Below are positions 1-11,456 of a stretch of DNA of 64,000 nucleotides, piece by piece. Within the stretch, counting starts at the first letter, position 1. Each line of letters starts with the position of its first letter. The stretch is from positions 1,984,001 to 2,048,000 of the forward strand of contig OZ242296.1 of assembly GCA_965207735.1 (NCBI GenBank), given 5' to 3'. The notes beneath the pieces are model-generated. The model saw nothing but the letters and a program-made list of their open reading frames with translations. It searched no databases and was not told where the DNA came from. The translations under genes and the position numbers were made by a program. The stretch comes from Candidatus Versatilivorator sp. GTDB lineage: Bacteria > Acidobacteriota > Terriglobia > Versatilivoradales > Versatilivoraceae.

Positions 1-31
1 CCGTCGATCGTAAGTGTTTCGGGGAGACAGT

Positions 32-106
32 TGGCTGGGGCGGGAGGATTCGAACCTCCGAATGCGGGTTCCAAAGACCCGTGTCTTACCACTTGACGAC
101 GCCCCA
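32..106 (-). tRNA. tRNA-Gln (anticodon TTG)
   Basis: Reverse complement reads TGGGGCGTCGTCAAGTGGTAAGACACGGGTCTTTGGAACCCGCATTCGGAGGTTCGAATCCTCCCGCCCCAGCCA: cloverleaf, GGTTCGAATCC T-arm, CTTTGGA anticodon loop, encoded CCA. The position downstream of ispE is the common bacterial arrangement. Confidence 0.96.
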
Positions 107-1018
107 TTATCCGATGGCCCTCGGGAGACATTCGACAAGGGATTGCCGGTATTCACCCCGGGTCAGGGTTCGAGTCGCCAGGAGGCGGACACCCCCGGCC
201 CGGAGAGCTTCTTTGGCCTGTGTCAATGCTCCTTTTTCGTCAAAAAGACCCACAAGCGCCGAGCCGCTTCCGGTGAGGCCGGCTTTCCGGGCGCCCCGTT
301 GGAGGAGTCTCTGCTTCAGGCGCTTCAGGTCAGGCTGTTCCCTGAAAACCACCGTTTCGAAGTGGTTCTCCAGCCCATCCCCTGACTCCAACGCGTCTAA
401 GAAGGCTGGACAGAAGAGCGGAATCTTACTTTTGTTCACCGGGGTTGTCAACCGCAAACTCGCCCTGCGATAGGCCTCGGCGGTCGGCATCGGCCGGGAG
501 GGAAGAACGATCAGGACATGGCAGGGGGCGGCGTCTTCCAGTGGATAGACCTCGGAGCCTCGCCCCACTCCCAGCGCCCGTCCGCCCAGAAAGAAGAAGG
601 GGACGTCCGACCCCAATGCGCCTCCGATCTCGAACCAGTCCCGCCGGGACATTCGCAACCCCAGCAGACGGTTCAACCCCATCACGGCAGCGGCGGCATT
701 GCTGCTCCCCCCGCCGAGGCCGGCCCCCTGGGGAATTCTCTTCTCCAGTCGAGCCTCCAGCCCCCACTCCAGCCCCGCATGGCGGCAAACGGCCTCCATG
801 GCCCGAACCACCAGATTGTCACCGGAGTTCAACTCGGCCCAGTTGCACTGGAAGGACACCCCCTGCCCTTGGGTGAGCCCAATCTCCAGCGTGTCGTGGA
901 GACCTATAGCCTGGAAGACGGTGCGAATCTCGTGAAAACCGTCCTCTCGTTTCCCCAGGATATGGAGTCCCAGGTTCACCTTGGCGTAGCTGCGCAGCTT
1001 GATTCGAGCCGGTTTCAT
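107..1018 (-). CDS. ispE: 4-diphosphocytidyl-2-C-methyl-D-erythritol kinase
   Basis: AKVNLGLHILGKREDGFHEI N-terminus, GHMP motif IPQGAGLGGGSSNAA, LGSDVPFF, GLTGSGS. Start placed at MKPARI (1018). Confidence 0.95.
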   Translation of the reverse strand: MKPARIKLRSYAKVNLGLHILGKREDGFHEIRTVFQAIGLHDTLEIGLTQGQGVSFQCNWAELNSGDNLVVRAMEAVCRHAGLEWGLEARLEKRIPQGAGLGGGSSNAAAAVMGLNRLLGLRMSRRDWFEIGGALGSDVPFFFLGGRALGVGRGSEVYPLEDAAPCHVLIVLPSRPMPTAEAYRRASLRLTTPVNKSKIPLFCPAFLDALESGDGLENHFETVVFREQPDLKRLKQRLLQRGARKAGLTGSGSALVGLFDEKGALTQAKEALRAGGVRLLATRTLTRGEYRQSLVECLPRAIG

Positions 1019-1085
1019 GGTAGTCTTGCGCGCAAAAAAGCCCAATCCCTCGAGATTGGGCTGTATGGGTCGAATCCGCCCCCGG

Positions 1086-3161
1086 CTACTCGTCATCGGC
1101 GGACAAGGCCAGCTTGGTGTCCAGGTCCGCCATCTTCTTCTTGACCTTCCGGGTCTCCTCCTCGTCCTGCCCGTAGGCCACCGAGCGCTGCCAGGCAGAA
1201 CGGGCCTGCCGGTATTTCCCTTTCCGGTAATACAAGTCTCCCATGTGGTCGTGAAGGGTGGGGTCGCGGCGAACACGCTCCAGGGCGCTCACCAGGTAGA
1301 CCTCCGCCTCCTCGATGCGATCCAATTTGAAATAGATCCAACCCAGGCTATCCAGATAGGCGCCGTTATTGGGATCCAGGGCCACCGCCTGCTTGATCAG
1401 GTCCAGCGCCTCGTTCAGGTTGACGCCCAGGTCGGCCCACATGTAGCCGAGGTAATTCAAGGCGGATGCGTGCTTTGGATCCAGGGCGATCACCTTCCTG
1501 AAAGTCTCGGCCGCCTTGTCGTATTCCTTCCGGCGCTCCTGCAGGGCCCCCAGCAAGAAGTAAAAGGACTTTTCATGCTCGAAGTACTTCCGGGCTTCAT
1601 GAAGCTTCTCTTCGGCTTCCTTGAATCGCTTCTCCCTCTGGTAGATCTGCAGGATGTAGTGGTAGATCTCCAGGTCTTCCTTGTTGCCCTCCAGCATCCC
1701 CTGCAGTTCCCGCAATGCCTGCCGGGGTTTTCCACTTTCGGCCAGCACATCGGCGCAAAGCGCGCTGATGGCTCGAGTCGGGGTCTGTTCCCCGGCGGCC
1801 GTGCAGACAGCCAAGGCTAGGGGAACCTGCCTGGCCGCTCGATGGAGTCCAATCAGCAAAACCCTGGCCCGGTTCCTGTTTTCCGTACCCAGAACTCTCA
1901 GATTCTCCTGTTCATGGCCCAGATAGGCTTCCCCGAGCTGCTGCAACTCCTGGAAGTGGCCGGCGGCCTTCTCGAATTTTCCCAGTTCCTGAGCAGCCAG
2001 GCCGAGATGGGTCAGCGAAATGGTGCGGTTGCGCACGGCGCCGAAACTATCGCCCGGATCGCGTAACAGATTCAGCATCCTTTCAAAGCCCGCCTCCGCT
2101 TCCTCAAACCGACCCAGGTCATTGTAAAGCCTGGCCAACTCGAAGATGACTTCCACGTTGTTCTGGAACGAGGCATCGGCTCTCTTCAGATGCTGCAGGG
2201 CCTCCTGGTAACGGTGGCGGGTGCGGCTGACCCTCCCAAGGCCCAGGTGGGCGGCTCCATCATCCGGATCGACTTCCAGGATCTTGCGGTACTCCTTTTC
2301 GGCGGGATCGATCTGTCCGTCGAGTATCAGGGCGCGAGCCAGATCCCTGCGGAGCACATTCACCAGTGTCACATTGGCGGCCTCGACGTTCATGCCCTTC
2401 CGGTAAGTCTCGGCGGCCTTCTTGAAATTGCCCGACTGCTCATAGACCTGGCCCAGCCCCCTTAGAAGCACGGGAGAACCGGCGTTGATCCGGACCGCTT
2501 TTTCCTGATATTCGACGGCTTTCTGCAGCTCGTTCCGGCTGCGATAGAGCTCGGCGAGCATGCTCAAGGCCTCTTCGGAGGAGGGCGCCACTTCCAGGTG
2601 TTTCTCCAGGGTGGCAATGGCTTCCCGGGAGCGCCCGGCCTGGCCGTAGAGGCGGCCGAGCACCAGCAGCGAGTCGCCGTCCTGGGGATCCAACCGCCCA
2701 ATGGCCTCAAATTCGCGGATCGCCTTGTTCAAGCTGTCCCCGGAAGGGATTCGGTGCCCCCGTCTTTCGCTGGCCAGGAGTTCGTAATAGATGGCCCCCA
2801 GGCGCTTGCGGGCTCGCAGGTTGTCCGGGTCGATACGGGTCGCCGTTTCCAACTGCTGGATGGCTTCCAGGACTCGGTTGTTTCGAAGGTAGGCGCCGGC
2901 TACTTCGGTATGCAGCTGGGAGGACTGCGGGTCGTGCTGCAGCGCTTTGCGATACTCGGCCTCGGCCTTGAAAAAACTGCCGCTCTCCTCCAGCAGACGC
3001 CCCAGGCTGAAGTGATAGTAGGCGGCGGCTCGATTCACCGACGGGGCTTCCGCCTGGACGGGCGCGGAGTCGGACTGCTGGACCTGAACCGTGGCCGTCC
3101 AGAAGACCGCCAGCGCAGCCAGCAGGCACCTGTTGCCGATGCCCAGCGTTGGATAGTTCAT
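1086..3161 (-). CDS. secreted/membrane-anchored tetratricopeptide repeat protein
   Basis: Many TPR units, C-terminal ALNYLGY...[12 protein letters not shown]..., and an N-terminal signal-like segment. This type of TPR gene commonly precedes ispE. Start chosen at MNYPTL. Confidence 0.88.
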   Translation of the reverse strand: MNYPTLGIGNRCLLAALAVFWTATVQVQQSDSAPVQAEAPSVNRAAAYYHFSLGRLLEESGSFFKAEAEYRKALQHDPQSSQLHTEVAGAYLRNNRVLEAIQQLETATRIDPDNLRARKRLGAIYYELLASERRGHRIPSGDSLNKAIREFEAIGRLDPQDGDSLLVLGRLYGQAGRSREAIATLEKHLEVAPSSEEALSMLAELYRSRNELQKAVEYQEKAVRINAGSPVLLRGLGQVYEQSGNFKKAAETYRKGMNVEAANVTLVNVLRRDLARALILDGQIDPAEKEYRKILEVDPDDGAAHLGLGRVSRTRHRYQEALQHLKRADASFQNNVEVIFELARLYNDLGRFEEAEAGFERMLNLLRDPGDSFGAVRNRTISLTHLGLAAQELGKFEKAAGHFQELQQLGEAYLGHEQENLRVLGTENRNRARVLLIGLHRAARQVPLALAVCTAAGEQTPTRAISALCADVLAESGKPRQALRELQGMLEGNKEDLEIYHYILQIYQREKRFKEAEEKLHEARKYFEHEKSFYFLLGALQERRKEYDKAAETFRKVIALDPKHASALNYLGYMWADLGVNLNEALDLIKQAVALDPNNGAYLDSLGWIYFKLDRIEEAEVYLVSALERVRRDPTLHDHMGDLYYRKGKYRQARSAWQRSVAYGQDEEETRKVKKKMADLDTKLALSADDE

Positions 3162-3252
3162 TCGTCTCCTCGACCCTTCATCTTTCCGGATTATCGCATG
3201 CGGCATGGACCCCGTCAAACCGACGCCGACAGCGGCGCGGCCGTGCCGAACC

Positions 3253-4821
3253 TCAATGGCGGAAGTGTCGCCTGCCGGTCAAGACCATGGCCATCCCATG
3301 CTCATTGGCCGACTGGATCACCTCGGAATCCCGGACCGATCCCCCGGGCTGGATCACGGCCCGGATGCCGGCCTCGGCGGCGATATCTATCCCGTCCCTG
3401 AAGGGAAAAAAGGCGTCGGAGGCCATGACGCAACCCTCCAGCGACGCCAGGGCCTTGGAGATGGCCAACCTGGCCGAATCCACTCGACTCATCTGCCCCA
3501 CCCCGATCCCCACGGTGCGGTCGGAGCTGGTATAGACGATGGCGTTGGACTTGATGTGCTTGCCCACCGTCCAGGCAAATCGGAGGGCCTCCCACTCCTC
3601 GGATGTGGGGGAGCGGTCGGTGGCCACCTTCCACCGGTCCTCATCCTCCGGCGCTCGATCCACTTCCTGCACCAGCAGGCCTCCTTCGACCCTTTTGTAG
3701 TCCCAGCGGGAAGGCCGAACCTGCGTGGCCTCATATCGAAGCAACCGCAGGTTCTTCCTGGCGCGCAGCCGCTCAAGCGCCTCCGGCTCGTACCCGGGGG
3801 CGATCACCGCCTCCACGAAGGTAGAGGCAATGGCTCGGGCCGTCTCCGAGTCGACCGTCCGATTGAACCCCAGGACAGAACCAAAGGCCGATACGGGATC
3901 GCATTGACGGGCCTTGAGATAGGCGTCGGCTTGGCTGACCCGGGAGATAGCCACGCCGCAAGGATTGTTGTGCTTGATGATGACCGCGCAGGGAGAAACC
4001 AGTTCGGCCGACAACTGGTAAGCCGCGTTGAGATCCAGCAGGTTGTTGAACGACAGTTCCTTGCCTTGCAGCTGGTCGCTGTCGGGCAGCAGATTGGCTC
4101 CATCGGCCGACTCTCGATAGAAGGCCGCCTGCTGGTGGGGATTCTCTCCGTAACGCAGGTCCATGACTTTTTCCAGGGCAAGGCTCAGCCGGCGCGGGAA
4201 ACCGCCCGGGGCGGGCTGGATGCCTTCGCCGGAGGCTTCCAGACGGGAAAGATGGCTCGAAATTGCCGCATCGTAGCCGGCGGTCAGGCTGAATGCCTCC
4301 TGAGCCAGGCGGAACCTGGACTCCAGGGTCAGGCTTCCCCCTTGGGCCTCAAGCTCTTGAAGGACCCAGCCGTAGTCTTCCTTCCGGACCACCACGGCCA
4401 CGTCCCTGAAGTTCTTGGCTGCCGACCGAACCATGGCCGGACCGCCGATGTCGATCTGTTCAACGGCTTCCTCCAGAGTGACTCCGGGCTGGGCGACGGT
4501 CTGCTGGAAGGGATAGAGGTTGACCACCAGCATGTCGATGGGATGGATGGCCTGCTCCTGCATCTGCCGCTGGTGCTCCCCGTCCTTCCGGATCCCCAGC
4601 AGTCCCCCGTGGATCTTGGGATGGAGAGTCTTGACGCGGCCCCCCAGGATCTCCGGAAACCCAGTCACTTCCGACACTTCGGTGACCCGGGCTCCGCTCT
4701 CCCGCAGGAACCGGGCCGTCCCTCCGGTGGAGAGGATTTCGTAGTCGAGGCGCAACAAACCCTTGACGAAGTCCTGCAGACCCTCCTTGTCGGAGACGCT
4801 CACAAGCACTCGGCGACTCAA
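3253..4821 (-). CDS. purH: bifunctional AICAR formyltransferase/IMP cyclohydrolase
   Basis: [47 protein letters not shown] and RHFRH motifs. TTG start. Confidence 0.97.
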   Translation of the reverse strand: MSRRVLVSVSDKEGLQDFVKGLLRLDYEILSTGGTARFLRESGARVTEVSEVTGFPEILGGRVKTLHPKIHGGLLGIRKDGEHQRQMQEQAIHPIDMLVVNLYPFQQTVAQPGVTLEEAVEQIDIGGPAMVRSAAKNFRDVAVVVRKEDYGWVLQELEAQGGSLTLESRFRLAQEAFSLTAGYDAAISSHLSRLEASGEGIQPAPGGFPRRLSLALEKVMDLRYGENPHQQAAFYRESADGANLLPDSDQLQGKELSFNNLLDLNAAYQLSAELVSPCAVIIKHNNPCGVAISRVSQADAYLKARQCDPVSAFGSVLGFNRTVDSETARAIASTFVEAVIAPGYEPEALERLRARKNLRLLRYEATQVRPSRWDYKRVEGGLLVQEVDRAPEDEDRWKVATDRSPTSEEWEALRFAWTVGKHIKSNAIVYTSSDRTVGIGVGQMSRVDSARLAISKALASLEGCVMASDAFFPFRDGIDIAAEAGIRAVIQPGGSVRDSEVIQSANEHGMAMVLTGRRHFRH

Positions 4822-4903
4822 GGCGGAACCTCCCTATTGACTGGATGCCTTCAAAAAGCGCCATCATAGTCTGGAAGCCACCGGTCCGCAAGACGGATCG
4901 GTC

Positions 4904-4924
4904 GGAGAGTGGAGAGTGGAGAGT
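4904..4924. repeat. heptamer tandem repeat (GGAGAGT)x3
   Basis: Directly visible in the purH-selA intergenic region. Confidence 0.8.
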
Positions 4925-5086
4925 GGTCAGTAGTCAGCCACCCACCCGTCCTGCCGGGCGGATCATTCGAGGAAAAACACCCAATCGTCACTCGCAGACA
5001 ACATCTCGATATCGCTTGTCACACCCCCCCAATCAACAAGTCGAGGCGTTTGCAAGATTCGGCAGCGGGACCTTTGCCGGGAATGG

Positions 5087-5177
5087 CCACAAAAGGCACA
5101 AAAACACAAAAAGAACCATCGGATGGGCAAGTCTCGAAATCAAGAAACTCGTTTTGTGCCTTTTGTGCTTTTTGTGG
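5087..5177. repeat. imperfect inverted repeat built from ~9-bp CACAAAA units (REP-like)
   Basis: CCACAAAAGGCACAAAAACACAAAA at 5087-5111 pairs with TTTTGTGCCTTTTGTGCTTTTTGTGG at 5152-5177. Confidence 0.8.
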
Positions 5178-5346
5178 TTTCTGTTGTCTCTTGTGCTTAT
5201 CGTGGTGAATGCTGGAGCCTGCAGCACATCATCCTTGCCGCCTCAATGTCATTCCCGATTGCGATATTTGCAAAAGGCTCCTTTTGTTTGAGCTAAGTGG
5301 CGCCCCCTATCCACGACTCTCCGGCCGGTGGTATCCTAGACCGGCC

Positions 5347-6750
5347 ATGGCTCGAACCTCGTCGCCGTCCCTCCGCCGGATTCCGGCAGTGGACAGGATT
5401 GTCGACAGTCCCGGGGCGGCGGCCCTCATCAGCCGCACCAGCCGTCCCTTCGTCACCTTGCTGGTCCGCAGGGTCCTGGAGAACCTCCGCCAAGAGCTGG
5501 CGAGCAACCCCGAAAAGGAGTGGCCGGCCCCGACGCTGGAGGACCGCATCCAGGAAACCCTGCAGCAGGAGTTCCGCTCCTGGGCCTGTCCCACCCTGAA
5601 GAAGGTCATCAACGCCACCGGCGTTGTCCTGCACACCAACCTGGGACGGGCGCCGGTCGGAGATACGGCCCGCCGGCAGTTGGCGGAAGTCGCCTCCAAC
5701 TACTCCAACCTCGAATTCGACCTGGGTCGCGGCAGCCGCGGCAAGAGAGACGTCATTGCCGGCCGCCTCCTGGAAACGATTCTGGATTGCCCGCGAGCCC
5801 TGGTCGTCAACAACAACGCCGCGGCCGTGTTCCTTATTCTCAACTCCCTGGCCGAAGGGGGCGAGGTCCTGATTTCCCGCGGGGAGATGATCGAGATCGG
5901 CGATTCCTTCCGGATCCCCGACATCCTGCGCAAGAGCGGCGCTGGCCTGAAGGAGGTGGGCACCACCAACAAGACCCATCTGAGCGACTACCGGCAGGGC
6001 TTCACCGACAAGACCAGGCTGGTGCTGCGAGTGCATCCCAGCAACTTCAAGATCTCGGGCTTCACCTCCAAACCGAGCCTGGAGGAGCTGTCCGCCCTCT
6101 GCGCCTCCAGGTCCGTCCCTCTGGTGGAGGACCTGGGCAGCGGCTGCCTGATCGACCTCGAGGCCGAGCGGATCGAACCCGAACCCCATCCGCGGGAGAG
6201 TCTTTCTCGAGGGGCCGACCTGGTCTGCTTCAGCGGTGACAAGCTGCTGGGCGGTTCCCAGGCCGGCATCATCGCCGGAAGCTCCCGCTATCTGCAGAGA
6301 ATCCGCCAAAACCCCCTCTTCAGGGCGCTGAGACTGGACAAGCTGGCCCTGGCGGTTCTGGAGTCCACTCTGATTGCATATCTGACCCGCCGGGAGGAGC
6401 TGGAGATTCCGGTGGTGCAGATGATTCGTATGGAGGCCGGCCGCCTGAAAGAGCGGGCAAGCCACCTGGTGGCGCGCCTTTCCGGGCTTCGAACCGATCT
6501 GACCATGGAGGTGGTCGAGGGCGCCTCCGTCATCGGGGGAGGGTCAACTCCCTCCCAGAGCCTGCCGAGCTGGCTCCTCCGACTGCGCCCCTCCGCAACC
6601 TCGGCCGCCGGGCTGGAGGCTCTGCTGAGGCAATCGGACCCGCCCGTGCTGGCGCGCCTGGACCGGGAAGCCGTCCTGCTGGATCTGAGAACCGTCTTCC
6701 CCGCCGACGATGCCCGTTTGGCCGACATCCTGAGCCGGATAGGCAAATAA
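5347..6750 (+). CDS. selA: L-seryl-tRNA(Sec) selenium transferase
   Basis: VINATGVVLHTNLGRAP, YSNLEFDL, VVNNNAAAV, EVGTTNKT, EDLGSG and FSGDKLLGG (PLP lysine). Confidence 0.95.
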   Translation: MARTSSPSLRRIPAVDRIVDSPGAAALISRTSRPFVTLLVRRVLENLRQELASNPEKEWPAPTLEDRIQETLQQEFRSWACPTLKKVINATGVVLHTNLGRAPVGDTARRQLAEVASNYSNLEFDLGRGSRGKRDVIAGRLLETILDCPRALVVNNNAAAVFLILNSLAEGGEVLISRGEMIEIGDSFRIPDILRKSGAGLKEVGTTNKTHLSDYRQGFTDKTRLVLRVHPSNFKISGFTSKPSLEELSALCASRSVPLVEDLGSGCLIDLEAERIEPEPHPRESLSRGADLVCFSGDKLLGGSQAGIIAGSSRYLQRIRQNPLFRALRLDKLALAVLESTLIAYLTRREELEIPVVQMIRMEAGRLKERASHLVARLSGLRTDLTMEVVEGASVIGGGSTPSQSLPSWLLRLRPSATSAAGLEALLRQSDPPVLARLDREAVLLDLRTVFPADDARLADILSRIGK

Positions 6751-6813
6751 TCCGCAGGTTGCCGTCCTTCCCCGCCCGGCCGCCGGGTGCATGAATTTGC
6801 AAGAGGTGCTCCC

Positions 6814-8352
6814 ATGAATGCCAAGCCCAATATCCTCTTCATCCTGACCGACCAGCACGCACCGCGGGTGGCCGGGTTTGCGGGCGACCCCGTCGTGCGT
6901 ACTCCCCACCTGGACGACCTGGCCTCCCGATCGGTGCAGTTCGAAACCGCCAGTTGCGCCTCCCCGGCCTGCACCCCGTCGCGGATGTCCCTGCTGACCG
7001 CCCTGGAACCGCACCGCTGCGCGGCCTGGGCCAACCACTGGATCATTTTTCCCGAACTGGTGACCTGGCCCGGCCACTTTTCCGAGCACGGCTACGCCAC
7101 CTGCCTGGTGGGTAAAATGCACTTCGGGGGCAAGGATCAGTTGCAGGGATTTCAACACCGGCCTTTCGGGGACTTCCATCACGGCCTCTCCCATCAACCG
7201 GAGCCGCTGAGCTTTTTCCCCAGCTACCACAACGCGGAGAGCGCGGGGGTCACGGAAATCCCCGAAAGCCTGCTCCAGGATGTCGTGGTCACCCGCGAAG
7301 CCCAGGCCTTTCTACTGGAACACCAGGACCGGAAGCCGGAGCAGCCCTGGTTCCTCTGCGCCGGTTACGGTCGGCCTCACGCCCCCTTCACCGCACCGGG
7401 CCGCTATATCCGCCGCTACCGGGGCCGGACTCCGCCCCTGGAACAACCCGCCGACAGCGCGAACCGCCTGGAACCCTACGCCCGCCGCATGTACGACAGG
7501 CTCTTTTGCCACTTGACCGAGGAACAGATCCGGAAAGGACGGGAAGGCTACTACGCCTGCGTCGACTACGTGGACGACTGCATCGGGGAACTGCTGGACA
7601 CCCTCCGGCGAAACGGCCTGCTGGAAAACACCATCGTCATCTACACCAGCGACCACGGGGAGATGGGTGGGGCTCACGGCCTGTGGCAGAAGTCGATCTA
7701 CTATGAGGAATCCATGGGAGTCCCTCTTCTTATCACGGGTCCCGGGGTTCAATCCGACCATTCTCGCGTATCCGGGGTGGTGTCCCTGATGGACCTTTTC
7801 CCGACCTGCTGCAGCCTGGCCGGCCTCCCCATTCCCCCGGGTCTGGACGGGATGGATATCAGCCCGCTCTTGCGGGATCCTGCCGGGGGACGTTCTCCTC
7901 GCGAGTTCGCACCCAGCCAGTATTGCGATTGGGGGACCCGCATCAAGACCCATGCCCTTCCCATCGGGCAGCCGACCCGCGCCTGGCGGGCCATCCGCAC
8001 CCGTGACTGGAAATACGTGGAGGTTCAGGGAGGAAAACCGCTGCTGTTCGACATGGCCGACGATCCCCGGGAGATGGCCAACCTGGCCGAGCGGCCCCAG
8101 CATGCCGAGCAATGCGACAGGCTGCGCCGGCAACTCTTTCAGCGGTTCGACTGGGAGGAGGCCATGGCTCAGCTGCGGGCCGACCGCCAGCGGATACCGG
8201 CCCTTGTCTCGGGCATCAAGCCCTCCACTCCCAACCAGTACCGGTTGCCGGACGGACGAACCTTCGATGCCGAAGCATCGCTCTATGAGGCTCGCTGGCT
8301 GCCCGTGGACGACAACGCCACCGGGGGAATCATTCCCCAGCAGTTCGGTTAG
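6814..8352 (+). CDS. Cys-type sulfatase (choline-sulfatase-like)
   Basis: PNILFILTDQH, formylglycine motif CTPSR, GKMH, YTSDHGEM. Confidence 0.9.
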   Translation: MNAKPNILFILTDQHAPRVAGFAGDPVVRTPHLDDLASRSVQFETASCASPACTPSRMSLLTALEPHRCAAWANHWIIFPELVTWPGHFSEHGYATCLVGKMHFGGKDQLQGFQHRPFGDFHHGLSHQPEPLSFFPSYHNAESAGVTEIPESLLQDVVVTREAQAFLLEHQDRKPEQPWFLCAGYGRPHAPFTAPGRYIRRYRGRTPPLEQPADSANRLEPYARRMYDRLFCHLTEEQIRKGREGYYACVDYVDDCIGELLDTLRRNGLLENTIVIYTSDHGEMGGAHGLWQKSIYYEESMGVPLLITGPGVQSDHSRVSGVVSLMDLFPTCCSLAGLPIPPGLDGMDISPLLRDPAGGRSPREFAPSQYCDWGTRIKTHALPIGQPTRAWRAIRTRDWKYVEVQGGKPLLFDMADDPREMANLAERPQHAEQCDRLRRQLFQRFDWEEAMAQLRADRQRIPALVSGIKPSTPNQYRLPDGRTFDAEASLYEARWLPVDDNATGGIIPQQFG

Positions 8353-8404
8353 CCGCCATTCACTATCCAGCCGGCTTGCCGTTCGGAAAGGAGAGGGAGA
8401 CTCC

Positions 8405-9811
8405 ATGCTGGTTGGCATCACCGTGATGCCGGAGTATTTTCAGAGCGAGTCGGTCGACGGCGTGCTCGACAGGCTGGAACGTCTCGCCGGGGTCACCGCG
8501 GTGACGACCTCTCCCTATGTGATGGCGTTGGCGGACCGGCAGACCGGATTCCGGGAACCGCCCATAGACGCCGGCGCCGGCAAGGTCCGCCTGCTGGACC
8601 GGAACCTGTGGGGCAAGCGGGAGCTGTGGGCGCGGACGGCCCCCAGCTTCCAACCGAACCTGGATCTCTATCGGGGGTTGCGCTACCAGCCCTCCGCGGC
8701 GGACGACCTGACCCGAGAGCAGGGTCCCGTGGTGGGAGAGTTCATCCGCAAGGCACAGTCGCGTGGATTGAAGGTCTACCTTCAGGTACAGGCGGCTATT
8801 CCGCCCGGCTACCGGGTCCAGTTCGGTCAGCCCGAACCCGAAGACTGTCCCCGCCTTCCCGACGGCAGTATTCCCACCCGCCGCCTTTCGGCCAACGGGA
8901 GCCTGGCCAGTCCCCACATCCGCGACTACACCCTGGCGCTCCTCCGGGACCTCTGCCGCCAATATCCGACCGTGGACGGCCTACGCCTGGACTGGCCCGA
9001 ATATCCGCCTTACTTGCTGGATTCCATTTTTCTGGACTTCGGCGAGCACGCCCGCAGTCAAGCCCGGCGGATGGGACTCGACTTCAACCGGATGCGCAGC
9101 GCCGCCGGCGCGCTCTACCGCCGCCTTCACGGGGGACTCACCGACGAGGACCTGAGGATTTGCACCGAGGCCGGCAGCCTGGGCGAGGCTCGCCGGCGGT
9201 TGCTGCCGGAGCCTGCCGGCCTGGAGGAGTGGATCGAATTCAAGGCCAGCCTGGTCGAATCCCTGCACGCGGATTTTCGCCAAGCCATGAACGAAGCCGG
9301 CGGCCAAGGCATGGAGTTGCGGCCCAACGCCTTTCCGCCGCCCTGGAACATCTTTTCGGGACTGGACTACGGCCGGGTGAGCCCTTACAGCTCCGCCCTT
9401 TCCGTCAAGCTCTACACCATGCACTGGCCCATGATGCTTCGATTCTACGGGGATCGCCTGCGCCAGGCCAATCCGGGTGTGTCCGAACGGCTTCTGGTGA
9501 GAGCCCTGGCCCGCCTGTTCGATACCGGCCAGGAACCGACCCCGGACCGGTTGGCGGACTTCCGTTATCCGTCCCCTGAAGAACCCCATCCGGCGGGAGA
9601 GGCCGCCCAGCATCGCAAGATCGCTCAGGCCCAACTGGAGGCCGGCAGCACCCCGGTCTGCACCCTGGCACACGCCTACGGTCCCACCACGGACTTTCGA
9701 AGCCGCCTTCAGACGGCCCGGAGCGCCAGCCGGCACGGTTTCTGGATCAACCGCTACGGTCACCTGAGCGACGAAAAGCTGGCAATCGTCGGGGAAGTTG
9801 GGCGGGGGTGA
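8405..9811 (+). CDS. hypothetical protein, probable TIM-barrel glycoside-hydrolase-like fold
   Basis: GGAGAGGGAG RBS before MLVGIT. The segment DLCRQYPTVDGLRLDWPEY resembles GHL10-type domains. Co-oriented with the sulfatase. Confidence 0.6.
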   Translation: MLVGITVMPEYFQSESVDGVLDRLERLAGVTAVTTSPYVMALADRQTGFREPPIDAGAGKVRLLDRNLWGKRELWARTAPSFQPNLDLYRGLRYQPSAADDLTREQGPVVGEFIRKAQSRGLKVYLQVQAAIPPGYRVQFGQPEPEDCPRLPDGSIPTRRLSANGSLASPHIRDYTLALLRDLCRQYPTVDGLRLDWPEYPPYLLDSIFLDFGEHARSQARRMGLDFNRMRSAAGALYRRLHGGLTDEDLRICTEAGSLGEARRRLLPEPAGLEEWIEFKASLVESLHADFRQAMNEAGGQGMELRPNAFPPPWNIFSGLDYGRVSPYSSALSVKLYTMHWPMMLRFYGDRLRQANPGVSERLLVRALARLFDTGQEPTPDRLADFRYPSPEEPHPAGEAAQHRKIAQAQLEAGSTPVCTLAHAYGPTTDFRSRLQTARSASRHGFWINRYGHLSDEKLAIVGEVGRG

Positions 9812-10235
9812 GGGGTCTGGGTGCTGACGGTGGGGGCGATATGGTTGGCGTGTGTTCGGAGAGTTAGCGCGTCCCGGGACGGCGCTACTACTGATGCCGG
9901 AGCCTTTTGCAATATTCCGCAGACAGGGGAGGTAGAGAGTAGGGGACGTTGAAGCAGCGCCGTCTCGCTTAGTGGCTCTACGAGTGCTGCCGATTGCCAC
10001 TTACGGGACGCCGTGTCTGCCCCCCTCCGGATCGACTGCGGGCTTCGCCCTTGTCTCTCCGACTCCCCCTCAAGGGGGGAGTGATACTTGAGGCTTGCAT
10101 GGGGCGCCTTGCCCGATTCCTGGGCACGATGTAAACAATGTTCCCGGTTTAATGGGTGGACGATGCCCCCCCGCGCTCGCGGGGGAATCTCTTCCCTCTG
10201 ATGGGGGGGTACCCCGGGTGCGAGGCATCGGACCG

Positions 10236-11456
10236 CTACAGGTCGGCGAAGGGCAGAGCTGTCACTTCAGGGCCGAGAGGGAGTTGCAGGTCACCTGGAT
10301 GCACGACGTACCCCGGCATCGCAGCCCGCGTCATGTCGCTTTGGAATCTCCTGATGGTAGCGGCCATGGCCGGGCGGGGCGTCGCGGACAGCTTGACCTC
10401 GATCGGCACAAGCCTTCCGTCGGTCTCGACCAGGAAGTCCACTTCAGTTCCCACCATGGTTCTCCAATAATAGACCCGAGGGTCGAGGCCCCGATGGATC
10501 AGGGTTTTGAAGATCTCGGAGAGCACCGCCGTTTCCATGATGGCGCCTCCCATCGGTCCTGAGGCAGCGTGTAGGGGGTCTTTGAGGCCCGCAAGGTAGC
10601 AAAGCGTGCCGACGTCCGTGAAATACACTTTGGGGGTCTTGACGAGCCGTTTTCCTACATTTGCGAAGTAGGGACGCAGCACGATCACCTGATAGGTGGC
10701 TTCGAGCACGGACAGCCATGCCTTGACGGTGTTGACCGCAACGCCGAGGTCCCGGGCAACATCGGTCAGATTCAGGAGTTGGGCGCTTCTGGCCGCCAGC
10801 ACCCGAAGGAAGTTCTGATACTGGATCAGGTCTCCGACCTGACGCAGCATTCGCACGTCCCGTTCAAGATAGGTCTGGATGTAGCCGGCATGCCAAAGCG
10901 ATGCATCCCGGCTGGGTTGTGCCGCAAGTTCAGGGTACCCTCCTCGAAGGAAGTCCTTCCACAGCTCGCCAAAGACATGGGACCATTTCGAAGAAGACCG
11001 GCGTTGTCGCTCCCACGGAAGAGCCATCTGCGGCCGTCCCTCCGCTTCCCGTCTGGAAAGAGGCAATAGGCGCAGAATTGCTGCTCGGCCCGCCAACGAC
11101 TCGCTCACTTTCTCAGAGAGCAACAGATTTTGCGAACCGCTGAGAAGAAATCGACCCTTCCGGCTGCGGTCGGCATCGATCCTCTCTTTGATGTATGGAA
11201 GCAAATCGGGTACGTACTGAACCTCATCGAAGATCACCGGAGGGCGGTACAATTCCAGGAAGCTGCGCGGATCTTGCAGGGCACTCGCACGAACGTCGGG
11301 TGGCTCCAGAGAAACATACCGGCAATGCCTGCCGAAGAGGCGCCGGAGGAGGGTTGTCTTGCCGGATTGTCGAGGTCCGGTCAGAACTACGGCCGGAAAC
11401 TCGGAGGCGGCCTTTTCGAGGATCGGCTCCAGCGACCGGTCAATGTAATCTTGCAT
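10236..11456 (-). CDS. AAA_14 ATPase with C-terminal DUF4143 domain
   Basis: Walker A GPRQSGKT, Walker B IFDEVQ, ESLAGR, GGYPE, YLERDV, KTPKVYFTDVG, EVDF...IEVK. Confidence 0.92.
   Translation of the reverse strand: MQDYIDRSLEPILEKAASEFPAVVLTGPRQSGKTTLLRRLFGRHCRYVSLEPPDVRASALQDPRSFLELYRPPVIFDEVQYVPDLLPYIKERIDADRSRKGRFLLSGSQNLLLSEKVSESLAGRAAILRLLPLSRREAEGRPQMALPWERQRRSSSKWSHVFGELWKDFLRGGYPELAAQPSRDASLWHAGYIQTYLERDVRMLRQVGDLIQYQNFLRVLAARSAQLLNLTDVARDLGVAVNTVKAWLSVLEATYQVIVLRPYFANVGKRLVKTPKVYFTDVGTLCYLAGLKDPLHAASGPMGGAIMETAVLSEIFKTLIHRGLDPRVYYWRTMVGTEVDFLVETDGRLVPIEVKLSATPRPAMAATIRRFQSDMTRAAMPGYVVHPGDLQLPLGPEVTALPFADL

Noticed and set aside
3205-4869. Long antisense ORFs (e.g. 3205-4869+, 33356-35329+, 41483-43543+, 53860-55089+, 55520-56980-)
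   Set aside because: They are shadow ORFs opposite well-supported genes in high-GC DNA, with no recognisable motifs.
5347-6750. Selenocysteine operon or selenoprotein next to selA
   Set aside because: No selB, selD or tRNA-Sec was seen, and no in-frame TGA read-through candidate was noticed in neighbouring genes.
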